64,000 nt of DNA from Thermoplasmata archaeon (GCA_023256615.1 JAGDXO010000034.1:3310-67309), one strand, 5' to 3'. Counted from the stretch's first letter, positions 36,293 through 46,755 are shown. Numbers and translations: made by a program. The notes: generated by a model not told the origin, from the letters alone.

Positions 36293-36739
36293 TCACGCAT
36301 ATTTAGCTATGGACGGTACCTTTTCCTTAAGCTCATTAATCGCTTCCAAAGAGACTGCGTTGAGTATTTTCATTCCTTCAGGAGTCAAACTCCTCCCCTT
36401 TTTATCCTTCTTTACATATCCCTTGGCTTCTAATTCCAGAAGCGCTTGTCTAAGCACCTTTCTGGATCCTTTTGCTGCGTGGTGCCTCTTAGATCCTCTG
36501 TCCACTTTCCCTCCGTATTCAGCTGCAAGCTTTTCTATTCCAATAGGACCATTTATAGCGATTTTTCTAAGGACAGAAGCTAGCCTCATATAATACCAAT
36601 CATCATCTATCGGACCTCTCTCCTTATGCTCTCCCGTCTTGACGTCGTCCACCCAATCTGGTTCCTTTATGGACTTTGCAAGCTCCGAAGAGAGCTTCTT
36701 GAGCAAGGTTTCCGGTGGTACATCTTTAAAGTTTACCAT
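36293..36739 (-). CDS. rps19e: 30S ribosomal protein S19e
   Basis: DVPPE.L...L...L......P.W...VKTG.HKERGP.D.DW.Y.R.AS.LRK....GP.G...L...YGG matches S19e. Confidence 0.9.
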   Translation of the reverse strand: MVNFKDVPPETLLKKLSSELAKSIKEPDWVDDVKTGEHKERGPIDDDWYYMRLASVLRKIAINGPIGIEKLAAEYGGKVDRGSKRHHAAKGSRKVLRQALLELEAKGYVKKDKKGRSLTPEGMKILNAVSLEAINELKEKVPSIAKYA

Positions 36740-36796
36740 TGCATCCTCCTTCCGAACCGGTATATATCAGTCGTATTTATAATTCCTTCTATTTCC

Positions 36797-38719
36797 TCAG
36801 CGCAACCTAACAGTTTCAAGATTAAATGGAGCGTAGCTCTCCAGTCCATATTTCAGCGAAATGGATCTCGAAAATTCCTGGGCTTTAACTGGGTCTCCGT
36901 GATTGACAAGTATCCTTCTTGGCCTTGACTCCATGCTCTCAATATATTTCATCAGCTGTTTTCTGTCGGAGTGTCCGGAGAAGCCATCTACACTTTCAAC
37001 TGTCATATTCATTGTAACTTCTCTTATTGTACCCTCTTTCCTGATGCTGAACTGCTTGACACCGGACAATATTTTCCTTCCAAGAGTCCTATCTGCCTGA
37101 TAACCTACAAAAACAAGGAAATTCCTTTCATCATCTGCCCAGCTCGTGAAATACTCCATAACCGGACCCCCGTTCATCATACCGGAAGTTGCAAGTACAA
37201 CGAATGGACCTACATCATTAACTATTTCTTCCCTCTTTTCAGGAGCGTCAACCCTTACAAAAATATCTGAAAGGAATGGATTCTCTTTTTTCTTGGTAAT
37301 AGATTCTCTCAGGTTGGTGTTCAGAAATTCTGGATATGCTGTATGTATTGATGTAGCCTCATATATCATTCCGTCAAGATACACAGGAATCTTCGGTATT
37401 TCACCCAGTCTGTACTTTTCTTCAAGAACAAGCATAACCTCCTGACTCCTTCCAACCGCAAACACAGGTATCAGGATTTTCCCCTTTCTTTCTACCGCTA
37501 GCCTTACTATTTCAGCCAGCCTTTCCCCGGCTTCCTGTCTCGTGGGTTGGAAATCGTTCTTTCCCCCATAGGTACTTTCAGTAACAAATGTTTCCACCCT
37601 TGGAACCCTATTATCTGCTGCGTTGAAAAGCCAGGAATTCATATACTTTATATCTCCTGACATAAGCAGATTGTGAAATCCCTCGCCAATATGAAAGTGC
37701 ACTATAGAGGATCCCAGTATGTGCCCGGCATTTCTCAGGGTAACCCTGATATCAGGGCTTATGTCTGTTGTTTCATTATAATTTAATGTTACTGTATGTC
37801 TTATCATATTCCTTATATCTTCCATTTTATAGGGAACCCTTCTATTTTCTGAGAGCCCAAGCTTCACGTAATCCATGAGCAATAGTAGCAGAAGATCTCT
37901 TGTTGGTGCCGTTAAGTATAGTGGACCATCATATCCTATAGAATAAAGATAGGGGAGGAATCCTCCGTGATCCATATGTGCGTGTGTGAGCACAATACCA
38001 TCAATTGAATTCAACGGCCATAATTCTGGAGCATTAAGATACGGTGCTCCGCTTGAAGGATCATCCGAGTCAACAGCTGCAGGATCAAGGCCGCAATCAA
38101 TCATAACTTTAGAATTCTTGGTCATGAGTAGAGAGGATGACCTTCCTACTTCCCTCCAACCACCCAATGATGTCAACCTTGCGTAATTTTCCCCAGGAAT
38201 AGGATCTCGTGAAATCCTCCTTGCGAGATTCCTGAGGAATTTCCTTCTTTCCTCAGCCTCTGACTTTAGGAATTCCCTGACCATCTTTATTGTGGCACTT
38301 TTGATCGGAGGCGTCCTCATTATTCTTGGAGCCCATTTTATATCCTTTCTTATCTGGTTAAGAAATTGCTTATCCTGACCCTGAATACTTTCCGGATCAT
38401 CCACTTCAATTATTACTTCCCCAGAGTCATGTTCAAAGTAGATATCTGAGATACCTATTTCCTTTGGTATTATTTCCCTTATTCTCTCCTCAGCTTCATC
38501 CTCAGGTATGAGAACAGATGGATCGGGTCTTACCACTACTCTCCTCCTTATTGCCTGTGCAAGTTTCTTTATGTTTTCCGGATTTTCAAGAAACTTGTCA
38601 CTTTCTTTTGAGTATAATATTACATTTGCTCCTTCCAGATCTATGTTTGTGTAATCCAGATTGGGGAATATTATTTCCAGATTTTCTTTAGTCTGACTTA
38701 TTACTTCCTGAAATTGCAT
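36797..38719 (-). CDS. aCPSF1: KH-domain beta-CASP metallo-beta-lactamase ribonuclease
   Basis: 640 aa with N-terminal KH-like repeats, the MBL motif LTHAHMDHGG and a beta-CASP region. The archaeal CPSF73-homologue architecture. Confidence 0.9.
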   Translation of the reverse strand: MQFQEVISQTKENLEIIFPNLDYTNIDLEGANVILYSKESDKFLENPENIKKLAQAIRRRVVVRPDPSVLIPEDEAEERIREIIPKEIGISDIYFEHDSGEVIIEVDDPESIQGQDKQFLNQIRKDIKWAPRIMRTPPIKSATIKMVREFLKSEAEERRKFLRNLARRISRDPIPGENYARLTSLGGWREVGRSSSLLMTKNSKVMIDCGLDPAAVDSDDPSSGAPYLNAPELWPLNSIDGIVLTHAHMDHGGFLPYLYSIGYDGPLYLTAPTRDLLLLLLMDYVKLGLSENRRVPYKMEDIRNMIRHTVTLNYNETTDISPDIRVTLRNAGHILGSSIVHFHIGEGFHNLLMSGDIKYMNSWLFNAADNRVPRVETFVTESTYGGKNDFQPTRQEAGERLAEIVRLAVERKGKILIPVFAVGRSQEVMLVLEEKYRLGEIPKIPVYLDGMIYEATSIHTAYPEFLNTNLRESITKKKENPFLSDIFVRVDAPEKREEIVNDVGPFVVLATSGMMNGGPVMEYFTSWADDERNFLVFVGYQADRTLGRKILSGVKQFSIRKEGTIREVTMNMTVESVDGFSGHSDRKQLMKYIESMESRPRRILVNHGDPVKAQEFSRSISLKYGLESYAPFNLETVRLR

Positions 38720-38755
38720 TAAAAACTCTCCTCTTAAAATGAAAATAAAATAAAA

Positions 38756-39382
38756 TTAAACTTTCAATTTTTTAATTCTTTTCTGCACTTCTTCATCCGG
38801 GATAGCTTTATATCCTTCCTCCGGGGTTATAACAACAACGTCAATCCCATTTCCTGTTGCTGCATCCCTCTGGAGAGAAGTTGATATAGCCCTTATCGCA
38901 ATGTCGATTCCCTCATCTATTGACATATTGTCCCTATAATTGTCCTCAAGAACTCCATAGACGAATGGTGATCCTGACCCAGTGCTCACATACTTATCTT
39001 CCACAGATCCTCCTGCCTCATCTATTGAAAAGACATGGGGTGCTGTGTCATAGCCAGCTATTATTATCTGTACAAGGAAAGGCATATATTTTGTCTGATT
39101 CAGCATGTTTGAAAGCAATGTGGAAAGTCCTGCTACACTTATCTTAACTCCCTTCTTGTATTTAAATAGCTCTGCCTCGGCCTTCAGATATCTTACGAGA
39201 GCCTGAAGGTCTCCCACAAGACCGGCTGTTGTAAGTGCAATGTGATCATCTATTTTATAAACTTTTTTTCCTACTTTGTGGGCTACCATATATCCTGCAG
39301 TTACCCTTCTGTCAGTTGCTACGACAACTCCTCCCTTTACGACCATCGCAAGAGTAGTTGTACCAGTTTTTAACTCTTCCAT
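38756..39382 (-). CDS. psmB: proteasome beta subunit (with propeptide)
   Basis: A short propeptide is followed by the catalytic TTTLAMVVKGGVVVATDRR. The ORF-track start at 39391 is GTG; the first ATG is at 39382. Confidence 0.92.
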   Translation of the reverse strand: MEELKTGTTTLAMVVKGGVVVATDRRVTAGYMVAHKVGKKVYKIDDHIALTTAGLVGDLQALVRYLKAEAELFKYKKGVKISVAGLSTLLSNMLNQTKYMPFLVQIIIAGYDTAPHVFSIDEAGGSVEDKYVSTGSGSPFVYGVLEDNYRDNMSIDEGIDIAIRAISTSLQRDAATGNGIDVVVITPEEGYKAIPDEEVQKRIKKLKV

Positions 39383-39542
39383 AATAAACACCTTATAAAA
39401 CTTAAAGGTCTATTGAAACACTTTATTTAAATATTTTTGATGTTTTCTGAAAATATTTGAATTTAGAGTGCGATAATATTATATTGTACTGTTTCATAAT
39501 CTTACCGTGAGGGGTAATAAATATTACTTTCACAATATATTC

Positions 39543-39549
39543 GAGGTGA
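39543..39549 (+). promoter_or_regulatory. Shine-Dalgarno-like site for dnaG
   Basis: GAGGTGA ends 6 nt upstream of the ATG at 39556. It is complementary to the conserved 3' end of 16S rRNA. Confidence 0.5.
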
Positions 39550-39555
39550 ATACAT

Positions 39556-40863
39556 ATGAACATAGATCCGAATATCACGAAATATCTCATAAAGGTAAAA
39601 ATATCAACCGATGGGATAGTCGAAAAACCGGATGTAGTAGGTGCTATATTTGGGCAAACGGAGGGACTGCTCGGTGATGAGTTAGATCTCCGTGACCTGC
39701 AAAAGTCTGGTAAGATCGGAAGAATAGAAGTAGATATAGATTCAAAGAATGGGAAATCAGAAGGAATTGTATATATACCATCTGGTGTGGATCAGGTTGA
39801 AACAAGTATACTTGCGGCAAGCCTGGAAACCATAGACAGAATTGGACCATGCAAGGCCAAGGTTGACGTCTTGGAAGTTGAAGATGTAAGGGCAGCAAAG
39901 AGGGAAAAGGTCATTGAGAGGGCCAAAGAAATACTTGAGAAGATGCTTGTCAATAACAAGAGCTTGGGTGATGACCTTGTGCAGACAGTAAGGAGCAAGA
40001 TAGAAAGTTCAGAAATAACATCTTATGGGGATGATAAATTACCAGCCGGACCAAACCTTGCAACAAGCGAGTCCATTATTGTTGTCGAAGGTAGAAATGA
40101 CATTCTGAACCTACTTAAGTATGGCATAAAAAATACAATAGCAGTTGAGGGTACGAATGTTTCAAAGACAATCTCAGAACTCACAAAGCAAAAAACAGCA
40201 ACTGCATTTTTAGATGGAGACAGAGGAGGAGATCTTATACTGAAGGAGCTTCTTCAGGTTGCCGACATCGATTTTGTCGCAAGGGCACCATCTGGATTCG
40301 AAGTTGAGGAATTAACGTACAAACAGGTTGTAAAGGCCCTGAGGGACAAAATGCCTGTTGACCAGTATCTCATAACACACGGTATGCAGGATGAGCTTAA
40401 AACATTGAATCAGAAGAATGAAGTTGCAGCAAACGGAAACAATAATGGGAATCATAACAATGGCAATCATAATACAGTACAAGCCCAACAACCGCATCCG
40501 GTGCAGAAACAGGAGCAGCAGGTACAAGAGAAGAAACAAGAGCACAGGACGGAACAGAAGAAGGAAGAGGAACTAAAGGGACCGATGAAATTTCTCGAAG
40601 AAGCGTCTCAGAATAAAGAAGTCAGATTTTATGACGATTCCTGGAATCTGATAGGAAAACTTTCACTCAATGAAGTAATAGATAAATTTGATACCGTTGA
40701 AAAGAAATTTTCAAAGATAGTAACAGGTGGTATAATTTCACAGAGGCTCCTTGATACTGCTTACAGCAACGGAATCAAAGAGATATACGGGGTAAAACTT
40801 GGACATATTAGCAAGAGACCTGGAGACCTCAAAATAATAACCAAGGAATTCAATAAAAATTAA
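39556..40863 (+). CDS. dnaG: archaeal DnaG (Toprim-domain primase homologue / exosome-associated protein) with a low-complexity insert
   Basis: N-terminal YLIKVKI...DGIVEKPDVVGAIFGQTEGLLG and a Toprim region (IIVVEGRNDILNL...FLDGDRGGDLI). An N/Q/K/E-rich linker follows. Confidence 0.9.
   Translation: MNIDPNITKYLIKVKISTDGIVEKPDVVGAIFGQTEGLLGDELDLRDLQKSGKIGRIEVDIDSKNGKSEGIVYIPSGVDQVETSILAASLETIDRIGPCKAKVDVLEVEDVRAAKREKVIERAKEILEKMLVNNKSLGDDLVQTVRSKIESSEITSYGDDKLPAGPNLATSESIIVVEGRNDILNLLKYGIKNTIAVEGTNVSKTISELTKQKTATAFLDGDRGGDLILKELLQVADIDFVARAPSGFEVEELTYKQVVKALRDKMPVDQYLITHGMQDELKTLNQKNEVAANGNNNGNHNNGNHNTVQAQQPHPVQKQEQQVQEKKQEHRTEQKKEEELKGPMKFLEEASQNKEVRFYDDSWNLIGKLSLNEVIDKFDTVEKKFSKIVTGGIISQRLLDTAYSNGIKEIYGVKLGHISKRPGDLKIITKEFNKN
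40444..40473 (+). repeat. in-frame 15-nt tandem duplication inside dnaG
   Basis: AATGGGAATCATAAC followed by AATGGCAATCATAAT (13/15 identical). It encodes NGNHN-NGNHN. Confidence 0.9.
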
Positions 40864-40869
40864 TTTTTT

Positions 40870-41175
40870 TCATAAATTTAACATTTTTCTTGCTTCGTCT
40901 GATATCATATCGAGATTCCAGGGTGGCTCCCATACAAGTTCTATATTGGCTTCCTTCACTCCGGGAATTTCTTCCACTCTCCTTTGTGCTTCAGCAAGAA
41001 TCCAATCAGTAACAGGGCATGCTGGAGCTGTCATAGTCATTCTAATATTTACAACACCTTCAGCAATATCGATATTATAAACTAGACCAAGATTTACAAT
41101 ATCAACACCTATTTCAGGATCTGAAACTGTTTTTAAGGCATCAAGAACTTCCTCTTTTGTTACCATATTTAACAA
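40870..41175 (-). CDS. DUF59/MIP18 (SufT-like) Fe-S cluster assembly-related protein
   Basis: 101 aa. V.DPE.GV.IV.LGLVY......V...MT.T...CP is typical of the DUF59 family. Confidence 0.8.
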   Translation of the reverse strand: MLNMVTKEEVLDALKTVSDPEIGVDIVNLGLVYNIDIAEGVVNIRMTMTAPACPVTDWILAEAQRRVEEIPGVKEANIELVWEPPWNLDMISDEARKMLNL

Positions 41176-41234
41176 TGATTAAATAATATTCAAAATTTTT
41201 GTATTTTTTACTTTCAGTTAAATGATTTCTACAA

Positions 41235-44200
41235 TCATCTATATTTCTTAGGGACCATGTTTTCATACCATTTCTGTGTCATTTCGTCCCCCTCTTCAGT
41301 GTCTGTTGAAATATTTAGCCCCAAAAGATATTTGGATATCCTCCTCTTTGTTTCGTCTCTCAGAGGAGTTTGAATCAACAGCCTTTCCTTTGATTTTTTA
41401 CCTTTGAAGAATATGGGTTCGATTCCATCCCTTATGAATATGAATTTTCCGTTTGATTTCCATCCCAGCAGACTCGATAAATGAGTCATTACTATTGATC
41501 TAGGAAACAATACCAGATCTTCACCTGAAAAATCCGTTCTGAAATCTTCATCAGACCAGGAATAGAATATCTCATCTCTTGATTTTAGAGGAAGAATCCT
41601 GGTAAATTTTCCACCATTGACTCCCTGGGAGAGATATGATGAAATAAATTTCTGGTCCACCGATCCATCCAGCAGGTTTGAGAGAACTCTCCCGTTAAAT
41701 ATTCCTATTTCACGGGTTATTTTGTCTAGCGACATAAAAGGATCTAGTGTGGTATCTGCTGCAACATATTTCCCCTTGTGATCCTTAAATATAGCGTCAT
41801 TCCTCAAGAGCTCATTAATTATGTTTATTGTTTGATTAATTGTAAAGCATGATTTTTCTATTATAACTTCCCTTGCAACAGGTGAATGCTTCCTGATGAT
41901 TTCGTAAAGACGCCTGGAGTTTTCTGAAAGCCCTTTGAATTTGAGTGATCCTATCAAGGAAAGATTTTCCTTATTAAGATATCCGGAAGACCCGTCCATC
42001 AGGAAACCCTGGACTGCCAGGTTGCTCATCACGAGTTTTTCCAGATCAATGAATTTGTGACTCTTCATCATCAGTTCCTGGTTGTTTTTGAAACCCAGGA
42101 TTGACTGAAGCGCTACAACAGGATCGGAATATTTCTCATTTTTGACCAGGTGGTATTTCTTGAGTATGTATGATATGATTTCCTCCTCTTCCAGCGCAAC
42201 ATCTTTTACACCGCCCAAAACAAGGAAACCCCTGACTTTCTGGTATCCCATTTCTGCAATTATCTTCTCATCGGGAATTGGGAAGGTGATCTTTCTTATT
42301 AGAAGTGAATCAAATGATTCTCTTCCTGATATATAATCAATCATGTTCTTAACCTGATTTATTTCACCAGAGTATTCTCCTGTCATGTCAAATATTTCTA
42401 GAATACCATTATCACTTGCGACCTCTATCCCCAGTTTTATCAGACCGTTTTCTATAAGAATATAATTTATTCCCTCTCCAACTTCCCCTTCTATCCTTTC
42501 CCGGTTCAGCAGATACACCGGATCCTTTGAATTTATAATCGATCTCTGTTCAGCAGGTTCAAGATTTGTATACAGGTATGCATCGTGCCCGCTAATCAGC
42601 CTTCTAACATTCAATTTCCCAATGTAATTATCTACATTCTTTCCAAAAAAGTTTTCGAGTTCCCTCAAACTTATCGGGCCATATGCATCAATAAATTTTT
42701 CAAGTAGTTGTACAGGTTCTTCCATTGCATATTCTTCAGCACTTAACACTGCGTTTCCTTTAATAAAAAGATAATTATTCTTCATTAGATTTTCTTCCAG
42801 TTTATCATCTTTATTCTTTGCTCCTCCTATCTTTCCACTCTCATTTATAACCGAGGATTTTACGTCAATCGTTTCCACCCTGTTTAGAGTTATGAGTTGG
42901 GGCAGAAGTTTCAGAGGGAAGTATGCCTTTACATTTCGTGTAAAATTTCCGTAAACAATTTCTTCTGAATGCATTTCTGACTCATCATAACCTCTAGCCC
43001 TGAGAGCTGTGCCATCCAATGCAAATAAGTAATTATCGAAGTAATTCCCGCTTCTATTTAATAGGCCCCTGGAGATTCTGGAAACTGATATCTCTCCCTG
43101 ACCTACTATTTTCAAATTTTTTAAATCCTCGGTCAAAATGTATTGCTTGTCCGGTTTTGGCAAGAATCTTCCCGTAGAAATAATCCTTTCAGATAGGAGA
43201 GATTCAATTATCTCTTCCATCTCCTCCCTTTCACCTATCCTGTCAGAAATTTCAGCAATAGTTAAAGGACCGTTCTGCCATAGAAGCCATTTCACTACCT
43301 CTTTAATGGACGAAATAGTGTCATCTTTTTTAACAGATCTGTGAAACCATTTCACCCTGTTTCCGAATTTGAGGAAATATGCCTCATATGCCCTTTCCAT
43401 TTTCCTGAGTATTATCAGGGCTTCCTCAGGATCAAGACCGTTTTTCTTGGCAATTGTATTTGTTGAATCACCATCATCAAATATCAATTTTAAATCTGAT
43501 TTCTGAGAATAAACAGCCGCCAGGATTGGTACGTTATCAGTTAAAGCGTATGTGGTCTTACCGGTAAAAACAGGCTGTATTATTCCCTCCCCGAGAAGTT
43601 CTGATACAGTATCAAGATACTCGTCCTGGTTCTCCACTTTTTTCAATGGTGAAAATGATACTGTCGAATAAAGATCTGAAAATCCGGCCTTTCTGAGAAA
43701 TTCTATCAATCCTTCCTTACCGCTGACGTCTAATTTCGAATCCTGATAATTTATAAGGTCCTCTGGATTTGTCTCAAGTGAACCTTCCAGACCCATTTTC
43801 GTCAGCAGAGATTCCTGTAATTCCTTTATTATGGCACTCTTGTCTTCCATCAGAACAACGTCGCTTATTCCTGTAGATATAATACCGAATGAGAAAGGAC
43901 TTGGATGTTTTGAATAATCCTCGCTGATAATTTTAATTTCGCCATTTTTCAGCCCTTCTGCTATTTTTCTAGCGTTTTCCACATCCATTACTATTGTTTC
44001 AATCTCCCTGAATGTTTCTTCAATTATCGGAAAATTTTCCATTGAAAACAGGATATCCAGCACCTTTTCACTTCTCAACTGCTGCCTTGCTACAGATACC
44101 TCCCTCCCCCTGTACCTTCTGAGCACCATGAATGATCTTGTGGCACAGTGCCTGAACCTTTGTTTGAATAATTCAGTTGATTTAACTGCCCTCCTGAGAC

Positions 44201-46325
44201 TATTTTCTACTTCCAAATTCTTGAGAATCTCTTTAATTCCTTCTATCTCAATTTTCCTGTTGAATGTCAGCATGAAACCATCATCTGTGAGTGCAATTCG
44301 AGAATTTACGGAATATACTTTGGAAATATTATACGCAATTATTCTGCTAAGGGCATCATTAACCCTCCTTCCATACACAAAATGAAAAATTACAGAATAC
44401 TGGTTTGACCTATCGATGTAGCCCTCTATGTAGATATTTTTGTCCGATGGAACCTGAAATCCCATCTGACTGGTGAAATAAGATATAACACTTCTTATTG
44501 AGTTTTCATCAGCATCATAGTACTCCCTGAGGTACTGTTCTGCTATTCCCTCATTTATTTTCTTAACCATCTCTTCCCTGAATCTGCCTATTTCAACGGA
44601 GAGATCAAATGTTCTCGGGAGCATTTCGCCTGCCCATGAGGGAACGGTTGGCTTCCTTCCGGATGCATCCTTTATGAATATCTTGTTCCCCCTCATTCTT
44701 AGAAATTCATATGTCTTTGCCCCCAGGACGAAAATATCACCTCTATGGAGTTTTTCTACAAATTTTTCGGAGAGAGAACCAAGATGCCTGTTATCAACTG
44801 AAAAGGCTTCATAATCAGCTTCCTCCGGAATTGTACCAGCATTGGTGAAATATATGAGTCTGCTGCTCTTCTTCCGCCCGAATGTTTTCTCTTTCTTGTC
44901 CCACCATATCTTTGAATAGACATTACCCTCTTCAAATCCTCCGGAAAGATAGTTCAGAACATTAACGAAATCATTCTCCTTCAGATTATTGTAGCAGTAT
45001 GATCTTCTCACCAGTTCTAGGGCCTCTCTTTCTTCCCATTTCTTTTCCAAAGAGATGCCAACTATAAATTGTGATAGTATATCCAGGGAATTTTTTGGAA
45101 TTGTAATTCTGTCGAGTCTCTTTTCTTTAGCCATCTTCACAAGAACCAGAGATTCGACAAGATCATCTATATCCATGGGGATTATTCTTCCCTTTGCGGT
45201 GGCAAATACCGAATGACCGGAACGCCCCACCCTTTGCAATCCTTTAGCGATGCCCTTTGGAGACCCGACCTGAACAACAAGGTCTATGCTTCCTATGTCT
45301 ATACCCAGCTCAAGGGATGTAGAGGAGACTGCACATTTAAGTTCACCTTTCTTAAGTTTTTCCTCCACATTAAATCTTGACTCCTTTGAAAGACTTGAGT
45401 GATGGGCCTCGAGACTCAGTATTCCTCTTTCTATAAGTTTTGAGGATACCCTTTCAGCTCCACTCCTGGTATTTGTGAACACAAGTGTTGTTTTATGATC
45501 ATTCACAAGTTTTTCTATTATGTCGTAAGACCTTTCATTGATCTGTTCCTGCGGGGCTGAATAGAGATCTGAAACCGGGCATACCACTTTCATGTCAAGG
45601 TTCTTATTTGACTCCACCTCTATTATGTGAACATCCTTCTCTTTTTCATTTCCTATCAGAAATCTCGCTATTTCGTCTATGGGCTCCGTGGTTGCAGACA
45701 GCCCAATTCTAGTCAAATTACCTGAATTATACTGTAAAAATTCTATAATAAGGCTCAGTAATTCCCCCCTCTTATTTGAAGCCAGATCGTGAATTTCATC
45801 CACAATTAGAAAATCCACCTGCCTAAATTTCTCCTTAAATTTTGGAGAGAAAAGCGAGAGAGCAAGGGATTCTGGAGTTGTTATGAATATGTGTGGAGGT
45901 GTTTTGTTCATTTTCTGTCGTGCATACTGACTGGTATCACCAGATCTCACTCCCACCCTTATTTTTGGTATGTTTATTCCCTTTGAAATTGCCAATTCCC
46001 TTATCTCTTCAAGAGGGACCTCTAGGTTTCTGTGGATATCATTTGCAAGCGCCTTCAGTGGGGATACATAAACGCAGTAAATCCTATCTTCCAGTTTTCC
46101 CCTCTTTGCAAGAAGGAAAAGCTCATTTATTATGACCATGAAACCTGATAATGTTTTGCCTGTTCCAGTAGGGCTTGAAATTAAGACATTCTTTCTCTGA
46201 TGTATCAAGGGTATTCCGATCCTCTGGGCTTTGGTGGCCTGATTATATTTACTCATAAACCACTCTTCCACTATTGGATCGAGAAACTGATCTAGATCAT
46301 ACTGCTCATTATCTCTAATTAGCAT
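41235..46325 (-). CDS. lhr: Lhr-type superfamily-2 DEAD/DEAH helicase with a ~800-aa C-terminal extension
   Basis: Motif I SSPTGTGKT, II VDEIHDL, III GLSATT, VI QRVGRSGH. An Lhr-core-like WH/domain-4 region follows, then a long extra C-terminal region. 1696 aa in a single frame. Confidence 0.85.
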   Translation of the reverse strand: MLIRDNEQYDLDQFLDPIVEEWFMSKYNQATKAQRIGIPLIHQRKNVLISSPTGTGKTLSGFMVIINELFLLAKRGKLEDRIYCVYVSPLKALANDIHRNLEVPLEEIRELAISKGINIPKIRVGVRSGDTSQYARQKMNKTPPHIFITTPESLALSLFSPKFKEKFRQVDFLIVDEIHDLASNKRGELLSLIIEFLQYNSGNLTRIGLSATTEPIDEIARFLIGNEKEKDVHIIEVESNKNLDMKVVCPVSDLYSAPQEQINERSYDIIEKLVNDHKTTLVFTNTRSGAERVSSKLIERGILSLEAHHSSLSKESRFNVEEKLKKGELKCAVSSTSLELGIDIGSIDLVVQVGSPKGIAKGLQRVGRSGHSVFATAKGRIIPMDIDDLVESLVLVKMAKEKRLDRITIPKNSLDILSQFIVGISLEKKWEEREALELVRRSYCYNNLKENDFVNVLNYLSGGFEEGNVYSKIWWDKKEKTFGRKKSSRLIYFTNAGTIPEEADYEAFSVDNRHLGSLSEKFVEKLHRGDIFVLGAKTYEFLRMRGNKIFIKDASGRKPTVPSWAGEMLPRTFDLSVEIGRFREEMVKKINEGIAEQYLREYYDADENSIRSVISYFTSQMGFQVPSDKNIYIEGYIDRSNQYSVIFHFVYGRRVNDALSRIIAYNISKVYSVNSRIALTDDGFMLTFNRKIEIEGIKEILKNLEVENSLRRAVKSTELFKQRFRHCATRSFMVLRRYRGREVSVARQQLRSEKVLDILFSMENFPIIEETFREIETIVMDVENARKIAEGLKNGEIKIISEDYSKHPSPFSFGIISTGISDVVLMEDKSAIIKELQESLLTKMGLEGSLETNPEDLINYQDSKLDVSGKEGLIEFLRKAGFSDLYSTVSFSPLKKVENQDEYLDTVSELLGEGIIQPVFTGKTTYALTDNVPILAAVYSQKSDLKLIFDDGDSTNTIAKKNGLDPEEALIILRKMERAYEAYFLKFGNRVKWFHRSVKKDDTISSIKEVVKWLLWQNGPLTIAEISDRIGEREEMEEIIESLLSERIISTGRFLPKPDKQYILTEDLKNLKIVGQGEISVSRISRGLLNRSGNYFDNYLFALDGTALRARGYDESEMHSEEIVYGNFTRNVKAYFPLKLLPQLITLNRVETIDVKSSVINESGKIGGAKNKDDKLEENLMKNNYLFIKGNAVLSAEEYAMEEPVQLLEKFIDAYGPISLRELENFFGKNVDNYIGKLNVRRLISGHDAYLYTNLEPAEQRSIINSKDPVYLLNRERIEGEVGEGINYILIENGLIKLGIEVASDNGILEIFDMTGEYSGEINQVKNMIDYISGRESFDSLLIRKITFPIPDEKIIAEMGYQKVRGFLVLGGVKDVALEEEEIISYILKKYHLVKNEKYSDPVVALQSILGFKNNQELMMKSHKFIDLEKLVMSNLAVQGFLMDGSSGYLNKENLSLIGSLKFKGLSENSRRLYEIIRKHSPVAREVIIEKSCFTINQTINIINELLRNDAIFKDHKGKYVAADTTLDPFMSLDKITREIGIFNGRVLSNLLDGSVDQKFISSYLSQGVNGGKFTRILPLKSRDEIFYSWSDEDFRTDFSGEDLVLFPRSIVMTHLSSLLGWKSNGKFIFIRDGIEPIFFKGKKSKERLLIQTPLRDETKRRISKYLLGLNISTDTEEGDEMTQKWYENMVPKKYR

Positions 46326-46380
46326 TATAGTATCCCCATAGTCCGAAAGGTATCAAAAAAAGATATATAAATATGATTAC

Positions 46381-46755
46381 CTAAAGGTTTTCCGAATGAA
46401 ATAGAGCCATCCTTTCCAGAATTTCCAAAGGATCTTTTATATTCCAGAAAGTCAGTTTGTCATTGTTTATACCGATCTTAGCATCTTTCCCATCTAAATT
46501 TTCACTGCTCACAATGATTATTTTGCCGGTATAATTTTTAACGCCCATGAATTCAAACGCTTTTTTAACCTGTCTCTGCAAAGATGCATAAACTATTATC
46601 TCATTCCATAGAGATTTAGTAATCATTCTCTCCCGGGCGTAATTGCTCAGTGCGTATCTTATCGCAGCATCAAGATGCATATTACCAACCAGCCTGTCTT
46701 CTCTGATTAGTGACACATTCTTGAATTCATCCGGGTCAGCTGGACCATCAAGCAT
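46381..46755 (-). CDS. cgi121: probable KEOPS subunit Cgi121
   Basis: 124 aa. The pattern ...L.AA...AL.N......ITKSLWNEIIVYASLQRQVKKAFE.MGV resembles the Cgi121 core. This assignment is from memory only. Confidence 0.45.
   Translation of the reverse strand: MLDGPADPDEFKNVSLIREDRLVGNMHLDAAIRYALSNYARERMITKSLWNEIIVYASLQRQVKKAFEFMGVKNYTGKIIIVSSENLDGKDAKIGINNDKLTFWNIKDPLEILERMALFHSENL

Noticed and set aside
41235-46325. An intein or a gene fusion as the explanation for the 1696-aa helicase
   Set aside because: The helicase motifs I-VI are contiguous. I see no intein block A/B/F/G signatures (Cys/Ser-start ... TxxH ... HN-Cys/Ser/Thr). An artefactual fusion cannot be excluded without reads, but nothing in the sequence suggests one.
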